Shown: piece by piece, positions 27,356 through 37,097 of the stretch
How positions within the stretch are numbered: position 1 is the first letter of the stretch
How the letters are laid out: each line of letters starts with the position of its first letter
Origin: a virus
Taxonomy: Duplodnaviria; Caudoviricetes
Reading direction: 5' to 3' (one strand)
Length of the DNA: 41,454 bases
Virus record (IMG/VR): IMGVR_UViG_3300033407_000049
Location: 1-41,454 of that record
Translations under genes and position numbers: made by a program
Notes under the pieces: generated by a model
The model's input: only the letters and a program-made list of their open reading frames with translations
Database searches by the model: none
Told to the model about the DNA's origin: nothing

Positions 27356-27946
27356 TCAGAAAGAAGTATCGAGACGCACCAGCCAGCCGGGAATATATCC
27401 AGGATCGAGCTGCTTGTAGTGCATGTAGGCTTCGCCACGTAACGCAGCATGGAGAGCCAAGGGGTAAGGACAGGTCCGGATGACTTCGCCGGTCAGAGGA
27501 CCAATTTTGCCGTCTACCAGTAACGGTTTACCGTGCATCATCTGGACAATGGCCTGGCGCCACTTGGCTCGGCGCAGTGGCAGGACTTCACCCAGACAAA
27601 CGACGTTGACCGCCCGTTGCAACATCTTTGCAGCACCGCCCACTCCGCAGTTCACCGCCAGGTCGTAGAAACGACAGGCCAGTTCAGGCGCTTTATCGGA
27701 GAAGCGATTGGCTCCAGAGGGTAGCCAGTAATCCCGAAAATAAATGGCTCGCGCATCATTGATGGTCAGGCTCTGGATATCCAGTAGTGGGTAGGCTTTG
27801 GCCGAAACACCGTACTGGGTTCCTTTAAGGGTCCCCTTGCCCACCTTACCTCCGGTCCAGTTGCCCGGATCGTTGGGATCCATCGACGTCTTGCCCTCGT
27901 GCCGCAAGGTGAAGGAGAATGCTTCTTCAAATACACCGAATTTCAT
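27356..27946 (-). CDS. endolysin, glycoside hydrolase family 108
   Basis: HEG…DPNDPGNWTGG…GTQYGVS…AIYFRDYW…DLAVNCG…LQRAV…VDGKIGPLT…GWLVR. Confidence 0.9.
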   Translation of the reverse strand: MKFGVFEEAFSFTLRHEGKTSMDPNDPGNWTGGKVGKGTLKGTQYGVSAKAYPLLDIQSLTINDARAIYFRDYWLPSGANRFSDKAPELACRFYDLAVNCGVGGAAKMLQRAVNVVCLGEVLPLRRAKWRQAIVQMMHGKPLLVDGKIGPLTGEVIRTCPYPLALHAALRGEAYMHYKQLDPGYIPGWLVRLDTSF

Positions 27947-28431
27947 AAAGGAGTCCCCGAAGGAATAGATTGCACGAGTTTCACTAAACCATGCAATATG
28001 GACCAGACTTGATTAGCCAAGAAGTAGACCATTGCCAGAATTACTGCTACCTGAACTTTGTCAAATTTTCCGTCTACATTGGGGGAAAGTGACTTACGCA
28101 ATTTGCATGATTCTGGGGAAGGGTGACCTACAAGATGCGTTTGTACTTTCTGATCCAGTTCCCTCATAACATTTTCCAGATGAGCAGCTTCTTCTCGCTG
28201 TATCTTGTATAGAGTATCGATATCCCGCTGATTGTCCGCCGTGCGATCCGCTAAAGCCACCAACCGTTCTTGTTGTTTGGCGATGTCGATCAAAGCACCA
28301 ACCATTCGCTTTTGGTCATATCTGAACTCTTGGACACTTTCGAGTAATTGATTCAGTATTGGACCTTTGTCGCAAGCATCAGCAGTCATAGAAAACCCTG
28401 TCGTTGTGTAGGAGAAAAGGGTGATCGTCAT
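27943..28431 (-). CDS. coiled-coil protein with C-terminal TM helix (lysis-cassette protein)
   Basis: ATGA overlaps at both ends; heptad-rich N-terminus, TM segment VQVAVILAMVYFLANQVWSIL. Confidence 0.65.
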   Translation of the reverse strand: MTITLFSYTTTGFSMTADACDKGPILNQLLESVQEFRYDQKRMVGALIDIAKQQERLVALADRTADNQRDIDTLYKIQREEAAHLENVMRELDQKVQTHLVGHPSPESCKLRKSLSPNVDGKFDKVQVAVILAMVYFLANQVWSILHGLVKLVQSIPSGTPL

Positions 28432-31352
28432 TTGCCATTGAAACAGTTGAGAATACTCTCTGCTTCAAGTATTTCTTGGGTCAGGGCGATCATAGCTTCG
28501 TTGTAGGTTTTCTCTACTTGCTGCCCGTCTATATCCGTAAACTGTATTTTCAAATATCCAGGATCAATCGGTTCAGCAGATATATCGCCGGAAACAGTAG
28601 CAGTATTGTCTGCAACAGTCGATTCTTTTATTTCCTTTGTAGGGCTTTTTGCATCCTCGGTTTTCTCGACAACCGGTGAGGTCTTGTTGGATTCCTCAGT
28701 CTCACTTTGGGTTACCGGCGTTACATCTTCTATCGACGAAGGCTCTACCGGCAAGGCCGCCGCTTCTTCGGTTGCCAGAGCTAGCTCTTCCTGAAAGACC
28801 CGGACTGCCTCAGGGCCGTATTTGACATTCAGTTGCTTTTCTTTTTGCCGCAGAATGGCGGGTGTCGTCTTTCCCTCGGCCAGCGTTGCGACGGCATTCC
28901 GGGCATACTTCCGAGTTTTACTTTCCACCACGGGATCTAGCGCAACAGGTTGGCTCACAGCCGGCGTAGTTGGTGCGACCGAGGTGTTGGCCTGCACCGG
29001 AGTCGTGCGAGCGGTCAGCAGGCTCTCAGCGAAGGTTACTTCCTTCTGCAGCGCGTCCGCTTCATTAGCAACCAGAGCTACCAGCTTTCCAGAGAATTTA
29101 TGGATCTTGTAGTTTTTCCCCTGGATCTTCAGATGGATCGTGGGACGCGGTTCGGTCTTCGGATCGAAGACGATCTGGGAAACCTTGTCAAAGGCTTCGG
29201 TGATCTGCTTCATCTTGTCCTGATGGGCATCGTGGAACTTGGCGAGTTCTTGGATCTGTTTCTTAGCACCCTCGACGTTATTGACCGCAGGATTAAGGAA
29301 ATTGGCGATCGCCTGCCGGTACGAGTCGATACCACGGAAATCCTTGTCGCCACGGTAAACATCTTCGTGAACGGCTTCAGCCGTTTTACCGTCGGTCACA
29401 GGACGCTGCTTGATCGCCGACTCGATCACCTGACGGGCGGCAACCGTTTCCTTTTTGGCTTGCAACAGAGTCCGTTCGACTTCGGGCAGATCGGGCTTCG
29501 CCAGGCGCTGATCCAGTTGCTGAATACTCAAACTGGCTTTACTGGATCCGTAGGTTTCGGTGGTATGGTTGATGACCTCTTCGGTGGTAGCAGACGCCAC
29601 ATCGAGGGGAGTCGTTTCCTTCTCGGTACTGACCTTGTTGTTCAGTTCACGGATGACCAGCAATTGCCGGGACATCTGTACCGCAACCTCGCCCTTTATT
29701 TCATGCTGCTTGACCAGGGCCGCCATCTGCGCTTTTTCCTGCAGAGTCTTCTGGTCACCCTTGTCCCTCAAGGCGACAATTTTCTCTTCGGTCGCCAGCC
29801 AGTCGGCTTTGACCGATGCATAGAGTTCTTCGGCCTTCACCGCCGCTTCGGGATTGTCGGCAAACTTCGCCAGCGAGGTGATGGCTTTTACCGGACTGTA
29901 ATTCTCGTGCACGGGATCGGACCATTCTTCGATCCGGGCATCGCCAAGTGCAACTTCGGCAACTTCTTTCTTGAAGCCATGCTCATTACGCGCTTCCTTC
30001 TGCGCCGCTGCTTTCTCGGTATCGGTCTTGATCGCTTCGACGGCTGCCTTGGATTCAGGTGTAGCGGTCAACAGCTTCTTGGTGAACTCACCGGTCTTGT
30101 TGGCGGCCAGCTTGGAACCAAAGGCCGCCGTGTTGATGCCGGCACCGATCGGGCCGGCTCCTACGCCACCGAGAGTTTCATAGATGAGATCCTCGGCTTT
30201 GATTTCTTCACCGATACCGCCAGTAGCGGCGGCTTCGGACAGGGGTTCACTGGCGACTTCTCCGGCATAGCTGGTTACGGCACTGCCGAGTTTCTTTTTG
30301 AAACTGCGTTCCGCCAACAGCTTGCTGGCCCCGGCGTTGATGAAGTCTTCGGTCAGGGTTTTAAGAGGGATTCCTTTTTCCGCTGCCCGCGCCGCGAGCA
30401 TCGCCCTGCCGACGTCGTCCACGCTGCGCATGGCCGCCTGGCGGGCTGCTCGCGTCGGGAGTGTAGCCAGCTTGGAGAAGAAGCCGCCCATGGCCACATC
30501 GGCCGCTCCCAGAATCCCGCCGTACTTCAGCGCATCGGCCTGGTACTCTTTGATCAGACTTGGATTCTGATCCATGAACATCTTGACGTTGGCCGGCGTG
30601 TAAGCGATCCCTCTCTCGTCCAGACCGCCCCGGATCTTTTCAACCATCTTGGCCGAACCGGCATCGGCTGCCTCGGCCGTGAACATGCCGGCCGCGGTAA
30701 TGAAAGGAGCAGCCGGAGCCGCCCATCCACCGGTCGCCGCGGTAGCGCCGGCTGCCACCAGACTTCCGGCCTTGGCGCCAGCACCCATGGAAGCCATAGA
30801 GCCAATCGACTGCGCCGCGACATCCAGCACCCCGCCGGGATTCTTGACGATATCCCCGACCAACTGCGCGGATGCCTTCACGCCCCCCAGGAAACCGCTC
30901 GCATCGGTGCGCTCGCCCCAAACCTTCATGTCGTGGGCGAGCTGCTTCATTTCGCGGGTGAGGGGTGCGGCATCTTCCTTGTTCAGATAATTGGCGACCT
31001 GAGTCGGGTAGTCATTGTCTACCTGGCCCACCAGATCGTCCACCATTGGGATGCGACTGGCGGCAGACAGCAACGAACGCTTGAGCGTGTCTTTCAGATT
31101 TAAGGCGAAGCCCTGGTTATCGGTGGTGGCCTGATCGGCTTTTCTTTGCTGATTGAGGGGATTATCGGGACTCTTGAGTTCCCGCTCCTCGATCAGTTGT
31201 TTATGGGCAGTCCGATACAATTCCTGAGTAGCCGCGTCCGCTTTCAGGAAAGACTCGTGCTTACCCATCGTCTGTTCAAAGTCCGCAGCGATCGTGGCTT
31301 CCCGATCGGCAGCCGGCGCTTTCGGAGTGGGTGTTTCAGTCTCGACTGCCAT
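28428..31352 (-). CDS. separately encoded N-terminal (ejection) region of the virion RNA polymerase, 974 aa
   Basis: Occupies the gp50 position right after the gp51 homologue; Gly/Ala-rich hydrophobic segment; ELAKFHDAHQDK resembles an N4 vRNAP N-domain motif; 974+2544=3518 aa, close to the ~3500 aa of N4 vRNAP. Confidence 0.75.
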   Translation of the reverse strand: MAVETETPTPKAPAADREATIAADFEQTMGKHESFLKADAATQELYRTAHKQLIEERELKSPDNPLNQQRKADQATTDNQGFALNLKDTLKRSLLSAASRIPMVDDLVGQVDNDYPTQVANYLNKEDAAPLTREMKQLAHDMKVWGERTDASGFLGGVKASAQLVGDIVKNPGGVLDVAAQSIGSMASMGAGAKAGSLVAAGATAATGGWAAPAAPFITAAGMFTAEAADAGSAKMVEKIRGGLDERGIAYTPANVKMFMDQNPSLIKEYQADALKYGGILGAADVAMGGFFSKLATLPTRAARQAAMRSVDDVGRAMLAARAAEKGIPLKTLTEDFINAGASKLLAERSFKKKLGSAVTSYAGEVASEPLSEAAATGGIGEEIKAEDLIYETLGGVGAGPIGAGINTAAFGSKLAANKTGEFTKKLLTATPESKAAVEAIKTDTEKAAAQKEARNEHGFKKEVAEVALGDARIEEWSDPVHENYSPVKAITSLAKFADNPEAAVKAEELYASVKADWLATEEKIVALRDKGDQKTLQEKAQMAALVKQHEIKGEVAVQMSRQLLVIRELNNKVSTEKETTPLDVASATTEEVINHTTETYGSSKASLSIQQLDQRLAKPDLPEVERTLLQAKKETVAARQVIESAIKQRPVTDGKTAEAVHEDVYRGDKDFRGIDSYRQAIANFLNPAVNNVEGAKKQIQELAKFHDAHQDKMKQITEAFDKVSQIVFDPKTEPRPTIHLKIQGKNYKIHKFSGKLVALVANEADALQKEVTFAESLLTARTTPVQANTSVAPTTPAVSQPVALDPVVESKTRKYARNAVATLAEGKTTPAILRQKEKQLNVKYGPEAVRVFQEELALATEEAAALPVEPSSIEDVTPVTQSETEESNKTSPVVEKTEDAKSPTKEIKESTVADNTATVSGDISAEPIDPGYLKIQFTDIDGQQVEKTYNEAMIALTQEILEAESILNCFNGK

Positions 31353-31366
31353 CCATTACCTCTTAA

Positions 31367-33415
31367 TTATTTTCGCTGAAGGTTCATGGACTTTGGCAAC
31401 TTATTGTTCTCGCTTCCCCTGTTTATCGCGTTTTTACGTTTATACCAATCGCGGATGTTTCCTATTAATTCCGCGCCACCGTTATCGGTAGAATCTTTCC
31501 ATGGCTCCCTACTGCCGGCAAACGCTGCCTGTTCTGCGAGCTGTGCGCGGAGTTTTTCTGCTTTAGCTTTTTGCGCATCCAACCGGGCCTTTTCCTCTGT
31601 TGCAGCTTTATCCCGCTGCGCCTTTAATTCTGCGGCCCTCGCCACGATTTCATCGGGAGTTGTTTCGCTCGCAGGTGTACCGGGAGATTTCTCTCCAGGG
31701 GCTTCCTTGGCTACCCTATTCTTGGCCAGCCATTTTGCCTCGGCTTCAATGCCTTCTTCCCAGGAAGCAAAAGTGACCTCTTTGCCCGTATCATCGTTAC
31801 CGACATTCCCGGGGTTGCGGGTACGCGCGCCTTTACCGGTTGTTCCAAAAGAGGAATCCTGCTGCATCATAGCCATCAGCAACTTAGGCTCTACATCGTA
31901 CTGTTTGGCGTATTTGCTCACCATGGCGCCGGTTATCGGACTGTTCGGGGCGGTAGCTTGAATATACTGGTCAATCTGCGCAACCGACTGCACAGGCGGC
32001 ATAGTATCAAAGAGTTCCTGCACTTTGTTTTCGTGGTTGGGGTCGGTTGCATGGCGGCTGATGTCTACCCCGGCAATGACGCGCGGATTCGCCGATGTTG
32101 GCGCGTTATCCCCGTACACTGTCTTACCGCGACCCAATCCCACCCCGTCAATGCCAGGACCGGCGCCACCAAAGTTCTCTTGCGCTCCGGCGTCTCGCAG
32201 TTCTTTACTCAGCCGCAGCAGTGTTTCTTCGGCAGCCTGTTGCGCGGCAGTAGCCTCCTGACGCGCGGACATAAGCTCCCCGGAAGTAGCGAAGCGATTC
32301 TTGGCGTTCTCCCCGAGTTCTTTGGCGCGTGCTTCAATGGCACGCATGGCGTCTGCCGAAATGTCGTTGCCCCAGGCCCGATCGCCCGGGTAGTGTTCGG
32401 AAAACGCCTGGTATAGGGCAGCACCGGCGTCCTTCGCCTCCACCTTACTATCCAGCATCTCCTGATGAATCCGTGCGACCTCTTTCGCATCACTCTTGGG
32501 TGCCCAGCCCTCCACCCAGTTGGTGACCTTTTTCCCGATGGCTTGCGGCACTGAGGCACCAAAGTCGTTACCCAGAACGGTTTTCACCTGGGCGTACGCA
32601 TCATCGCTAATGCCGGTTCGCTGCAAGGCAATGTCCTGCTGTTCCAACTCGGCCACTCGATCCAGTTTTAGCTGAATCTTGCGCTTTTCCACGCCCTCCT
32701 GCAAAGCCACATAATGCTTGTGTTTCTCTTGCTGATCGGGGGTCAGCAGCAATTGTTCTTCCAATTCTTTGGTCAATTTACGAGTTTCGGCAACCCGCTC
32801 TTCTTCCGGCAGTTCAGCTACCAAGGCTTTGATCGCCATCCGGCCTACAGCCGGTCCATTGAGTTGCACCTCTTCAAAAAGACTGTTGGTGCGGGCAGAA
32901 GATTCCCGTGTTTTCTGGATTTCGTAATCCTGGAATCGTGTCGCATTGGTAGCGGCAAAAGACTGATTTGCCGCAGAAACGAGCGATTCCGGTGCTCCCT
33001 GCTCACGCAGACGCTGTTCAAAAAGCTGGCGCTGCTTTAACGGATCAGCGGCTTCGGTCAGTGCTTCGTTGGAAGCCAGGTTGATTGCGTTGGTTTCCAA
33101 CTGCTGCTTCGTACCGGCGTAGGTTTCCGTCAGTTTATCCATATTGATCGTGTTGCCAAACTGCCGAGTGACGGCCGTTTTGTCCAACGGATCGACACCC
33201 AGTCCCTCTTTTTTGAGCTTGTTCTGCAGATACTCCTGCATGTTGAGGGTATTGGTTTCCTTGTAGGACTCCTCGGTCTGTTTAAAGAGTTCCTCGACGC
33301 CCTTGAAAGCTTCACCGATACTCCTGCCTACCGCTTCTTGACCGGCAACCAGGGACTTCATATCCGGCGAATCAAAGCCGCCATACTTTTGGTAAAACGC
33401 ACCAGTGTTTGCCAT
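31367..33415 (-). CDS. internal virion/ejection protein (N4 gp51 position) with lysozyme-like domain
   Basis: Helical, no Cys seen; YAKQYDVEPKLLMAMMQQDSSFG…NPGNVG…FASWEEGI; gene order. Confidence 0.75.
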   Translation of the reverse strand: MANTGAFYQKYGGFDSPDMKSLVAGQEAVGRSIGEAFKGVEELFKQTEESYKETNTLNMQEYLQNKLKKEGLGVDPLDKTAVTRQFGNTINMDKLTETYAGTKQQLETNAINLASNEALTEAADPLKQRQLFEQRLREQGAPESLVSAANQSFAATNATRFQDYEIQKTRESSARTNSLFEEVQLNGPAVGRMAIKALVAELPEEERVAETRKLTKELEEQLLLTPDQQEKHKHYVALQEGVEKRKIQLKLDRVAELEQQDIALQRTGISDDAYAQVKTVLGNDFGASVPQAIGKKVTNWVEGWAPKSDAKEVARIHQEMLDSKVEAKDAGAALYQAFSEHYPGDRAWGNDISADAMRAIEARAKELGENAKNRFATSGELMSARQEATAAQQAAEETLLRLSKELRDAGAQENFGGAGPGIDGVGLGRGKTVYGDNAPTSANPRVIAGVDISRHATDPNHENKVQELFDTMPPVQSVAQIDQYIQATAPNSPITGAMVSKYAKQYDVEPKLLMAMMQQDSSFGTTGKGARTRNPGNVGNDDTGKEVTFASWEEGIEAEAKWLAKNRVAKEAPGEKSPGTPASETTPDEIVARAAELKAQRDKAATEEKARLDAQKAKAEKLRAQLAEQAAFAGSREPWKDSTDNGGAELIGNIRDWYKRKNAINRGSENNKLPKSMNLQRK

Positions 33416-33427
33416 GATGGCTACTCC

Positions 33428-33991
33428 TTAAAGGGTTTCTTTTGCGCCCCAGCGAGCCATGGTATTGGCCACACCCTGTTGCATACCTTCGCTGCCTATC
33501 GCGTATCCTTGCGCCGACAGCCGACGTTCCTCCCGACTGGATAAGGCTTCGTTGGCACCCTTGGCCGCGTTGGTAAAGTCGGTCTTCATCATGTCCATCT
33601 GGTCGCTGTAGTAGCTCTTCATGAACTTGTTCATCTTGGATTGTTCCATGGCGTTATAAACATCCAGGCCCACCTTGGCTACTCCAAGACCGAACTCAGC
33701 GTTCTTCATCCAACCACCTTCAGCACCAGGTAGTTTGTCTTCGCCTATTTTGAGCTTGTTGTCTCCTAAAGAGAAATTGCTGTAATTGAGGGTAGGGTTG
33801 CCGAAGTCAGTACCCGGATGCGTCTGCATTCCAGGCAAGGCCATATTGTTTGAGACTGCCGGAGACTGATAATTCGCCGCATTCCAGCCACGCATATCGC
33901 CTACACCGATAGAGTTTATGCCGGGTGCAGCAAAATCTTCCGTCATTAAAGAGAAGCGCTTCTTTGGTGCGAAACCATTCGGAATGGCCAT
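33428..33991 (-). CDS. small internal virion protein (N4 gp52-like)
   Basis: Gly-rich with an amphipathic segment then coiled coil; gene order. Confidence 0.7.
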   Translation of the reverse strand: MAIPNGFAPKKRFSLMTEDFAAPGINSIGVGDMRGWNAANYQSPAVSNNMALPGMQTHPGTDFGNPTLNYSNFSLGDNKLKIGEDKLPGAEGGWMKNAEFGLGVAKVGLDVYNAMEQSKMNKFMKSYYSDQMDMMKTDFTNAAKGANEALSSREERRLSAQGYAIGSEGMQQGVANTMARWGAKETL

Positions 33992-34002
33992 AATAAGATC
34001 CT

Positions 34003-36348
34003 TTAGCTATAAGAGTTTTGGCCGTACAAACTGGGTGAAATGTCCTTTGTATGACGTAATCTCATATCCATGAAATTGGGGATCTCGTCATGAATCGAAA
34101 ACATACTGTTGTCTACCAGACCAAGACATCGGTTGAAAAAGACAGTAGGCGTTTCATTAGGCAATATGCGGAGTTTTTCCGGCTTTGTAAAGACCAGAGG
34201 ATCAATATCAGCTTTCATTGCCAATAAGTCGGTGAGCTCCTCCAGCTCTTCCCATAAGCCGGTCATTTTCTCCGAGAAGATTTCAAAATCATTTTTGATT
34301 CCTTCAGCCTTCTCCAAGAGAAACTCATTGGCCGAAGAGATCAGTGCTGTTGCCGCCTGGAGCATATACTGCGCGGTGGTCATCATATATTCAGAAGCAA
34401 CCCCACCTATTCCTGCTCCCTTGGATGCAATGATGGCAGCAATCGTTAAAACGATTGCACCGACGATACCGAGCTTCTCTCCATAGGTTTTGACAATGTA
34501 ATCAATTATATAGCTAGCTGCTACAGCAATTAATACGTTTGTACCAACAAAGTACAGTGCAGCCATTATACCTATTTCCAGTGCCTTTAAATATCCTACG
34601 ATATAGTATTGGCCCGTCCAATAAGCAATAACCATAACAACGATCATCATGACTATTTTAAACCAGCCTTTCTGGTACCATTTTATTTTTATCTTATCAA
34701 TCGACTGCACGATCATCAACATCGTGTCCGAATAGAAAGCATTCCGTAATTGGATTTTCTCGCTATCAAATACTTGTTGAGATAATTGATACTGGATAGG
34801 AATGATCAAACCATTTTCGTCTGGGTCATCTATAATATCTAGCAATCCCGTTCCCACAAGATAATGACGATACACCCAGTTGAGCACTCGAAGGTTATGC
34901 ACTACTACAGTTCTTACTTGATAAGGATTGATCTGAGCTTTTAGTATAAGTTTGTACCTGTCCTGCTGATAAGTGAGTATAACGCCATTAAAACCAACAT
35001 TCTGTATAGTAACCTCATACTGCATAATCTGCTTGGTAGCATGACCTTCTGACCCAATAATACCCTCTTCAATTGTTATGTTGATATAATCATACACAAC
35101 ATCAAGGGCTAAACCATATTCTTCAAAAGTAGCCGGTACTTCTTTATCGGCTCTAGCCGCCAAATTATAAACATACACATTGGATGGCTCGTCCCTGACA
35201 TCCGGGTCGGCCAAAGCAGCCAGGAATTCCGATTCCGTTCCGCGCTGGTTCTGCGCAAGCTGATAGAAGTGGTGATTTAAATAAAAGAGAGAGGGCACAT
35301 AATCGGTCTGCAGATTGACGCCGAACAGAATATAAGCATGATCGATGTCGGCTATCCCAGGGTTCGCATTTAGCCGCTCACCCATCGTACCAAAGCTGCT
35401 GCCCAACAGGGTCATTAGTTTTTTACTGGTGGTATACAGTTCTGTCTCATTCGGTACCGTCAGATCTGTATTACTGTAACGGATCGGGATGACGGGCAGA
35501 TAGGTCGAGAGTTCCTGCGCCACGTCAGGATGTAGTTCGGGATAGCGATACTCGTTCAGATGATACACCCATAAATAGATCGTCGGCAGAACCGCTCCCA
35601 ATGCGTCTACCTCTTTATACAGAACTGCCAAGCAGTCGTCATTCCAGAGCATGCCAGATACCGCACCGGGAATTAGTACGTCTTCCGTTAGCGTGCCATC
35701 GGATACCTCTTGCTGCTCGATGGTCTTTAAATAAGGCTTTAACACCCCTTGAGACACATATACAACTACAGGGCGAGTGATATATTTCCGATACGTTATG
35801 CGGGCAGTGACCTCATCCGGCAAGACTTCTACTGCGTCAATACCTACCCTGCGAGGATAGTTGGCCGGGTTATCCGCCCAGTGCTGGGTGTACACCACTC
35901 CGGGTGGCCAGATACCTACGTGATCTTCAAAGGAATCGTAATTACGGGTATTGCGTAGAAAAGCAGAAATAGCAATGATTGGTGAGTACGGCGTGTATTC
36001 GTGATCGATAATTAAGACATCATAGGGATATTCAGTATCCAGTAACAAGTAGGGTTTGATCTCATCTGCCGTAACCAACGGCAAGGCCATCGTAGCGCCT
36101 GCTGGCAGTCCCAGTTTGTAGTGATCCCGGGCGTACTCATACGCCCGGTCCACCTTCAACGAATAGCCATTCAGATTGGATTGGATCAGCCGCCCGGGGA
36201 TATCCTGCATGGACGCAACCGGCACGCCACTAGTCAATACGGCCTCAATCACGGCGTCTCCAATGGGATTGCCGAGGTTATACACGTCCATGCAGTGCAA
36301 CGCTGCAGAGCCGGTTACGGTCTCTTTTGAACTACCAAACAAACCCAT
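34003..36348 (-). CDS. structural protein (N4 gp53-like)
   Basis: MGLFGSSK start; PVIPIR, IDHAYILFGV, KWYQKGWFK followed by hydrophobic helices; NETPTVFFNRCL. Confidence 0.85.
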   Translation of the reverse strand: MGLFGSSKETVTGSAALHCMDVYNLGNPIGDAVIEAVLTSGVPVASMQDIPGRLIQSNLNGYSLKVDRAYEYARDHYKLGLPAGATMALPLVTADEIKPYLLLDTEYPYDVLIIDHEYTPYSPIIAISAFLRNTRNYDSFEDHVGIWPPGVVYTQHWADNPANYPRRVGIDAVEVLPDEVTARITYRKYITRPVVVYVSQGVLKPYLKTIEQQEVSDGTLTEDVLIPGAVSGMLWNDDCLAVLYKEVDALGAVLPTIYLWVYHLNEYRYPELHPDVAQELSTYLPVIPIRYSNTDLTVPNETELYTTSKKLMTLLGSSFGTMGERLNANPGIADIDHAYILFGVNLQTDYVPSLFYLNHHFYQLAQNQRGTESEFLAALADPDVRDEPSNVYVYNLAARADKEVPATFEEYGLALDVVYDYINITIEEGIIGSEGHATKQIMQYEVTIQNVGFNGVILTYQQDRYKLILKAQINPYQVRTVVVHNLRVLNWVYRHYLVGTGLLDIIDDPDENGLIIPIQYQLSQQVFDSEKIQLRNAFYSDTMLMIVQSIDKIKIKWYQKGWFKIVMMIVVMVIAYWTGQYYIVGYLKALEIGIMAALYFVGTNVLIAVAASYIIDYIVKTYGEKLGIVGAIVLTIAAIIASKGAGIGGVASEYMMTTAQYMLQAATALISSANEFLLEKAEGIKNDFEIFSEKMTGLWEELEELTDLLAMKADIDPLVFTKPEKLRILPNETPTVFFNRCLGLVDNSMFSIHDEIPNFMDMRLRHTKDISPSLYGQNSYS

Positions 36349-36366
36349 GCAGCCATCCTTTAAAAC

Positions 36367-37083
36367 TTACGTGATGTTGATACCTTGTTTGGCTTTCGCC
36401 ATGACGGTAGCAATTGCCGCATCGTCAATCCCCGCGGGGTTGGCCAGAGCACCATCGGTTGTCTGCCGTACCGACCAGGTATCCACCATGATCTTGGCCA
36501 GTTTCTGTTCGGCATCCCGATCGAAGCCATCGGTCTGCTTCTGGAAAAGGTTCTTCTGTTTGCCGATAACACCGGCTACGGTACCGGTCGCTACCAGGTC
36601 GCTGACCTGGGCTAGCTCGGTTTCCCGCTTCTGGTTGAGCAATCCTACCTCGGCATCGGTCTTGCTGGACAAGGAAGCCAGTTCACCAATCGCCCGGTTG
36701 GTGTCATTGTTGGCCCGGGTGGTATCATTGACTGTACGGGTGTTGTCGTTGACGGTGGCTGCCTGCATGGCGACGATCTCGGCCGTGGTCTTGCTGGTTT
36801 CGTTACCGGTTCTTGCCAGTTGCGCGACAATCTCCGCGTCGATCTTGCGGGTATTATCCTCTGTTTGCGCCGTCGAGTTGGCAATGTCGGCGGTGATCTT
36901 GGCGTGGCTATCGATCTGGCCCAGATCCCGATTGATGATCTGGTTCAGTTCGTTGGCCGTAGCTGCCCGCAGACGGTCGATTTCAGCCCGGACGCTACCC
37001 AGTACCGGCAAACGCCCCACCGGTGGCGTGTAGGTCAAGGACGGGTCATAATGAGACGATGTGCTGAGTGGTTCGGTAGCCAT
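36367..37083 (-). CDS. structural protein, C-terminal part of N4 gp54-like
   Basis: GVIGKQKNLFQKQTDGFDRDAEQKLAKIMVDTWSVR motif; own AGGAG RBS. Confidence 0.75.
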   Translation of the reverse strand: MATEPLSTSSHYDPSLTYTPPVGRLPVLGSVRAEIDRLRAATANELNQIINRDLGQIDSHAKITADIANSTAQTEDNTRKIDAEIVAQLARTGNETSKTTAEIVAMQAATVNDNTRTVNDTTRANNDTNRAIGELASLSSKTDAEVGLLNQKRETELAQVSDLVATGTVAGVIGKQKNLFQKQTDGFDRDAEQKLAKIMVDTWSVRQTTDGALANPAGIDDAAIATVMAKAKQGINIT

Positions 37084-37097
37084 GGAAGCCTCTCCTA

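Noticed and set aside
28950-31103. 717-aa ORF on the + strand
   Set aside because: Antisense shadow of the 974-aa gene; no RBS or motifs, and explained by codon bias of the real gene.
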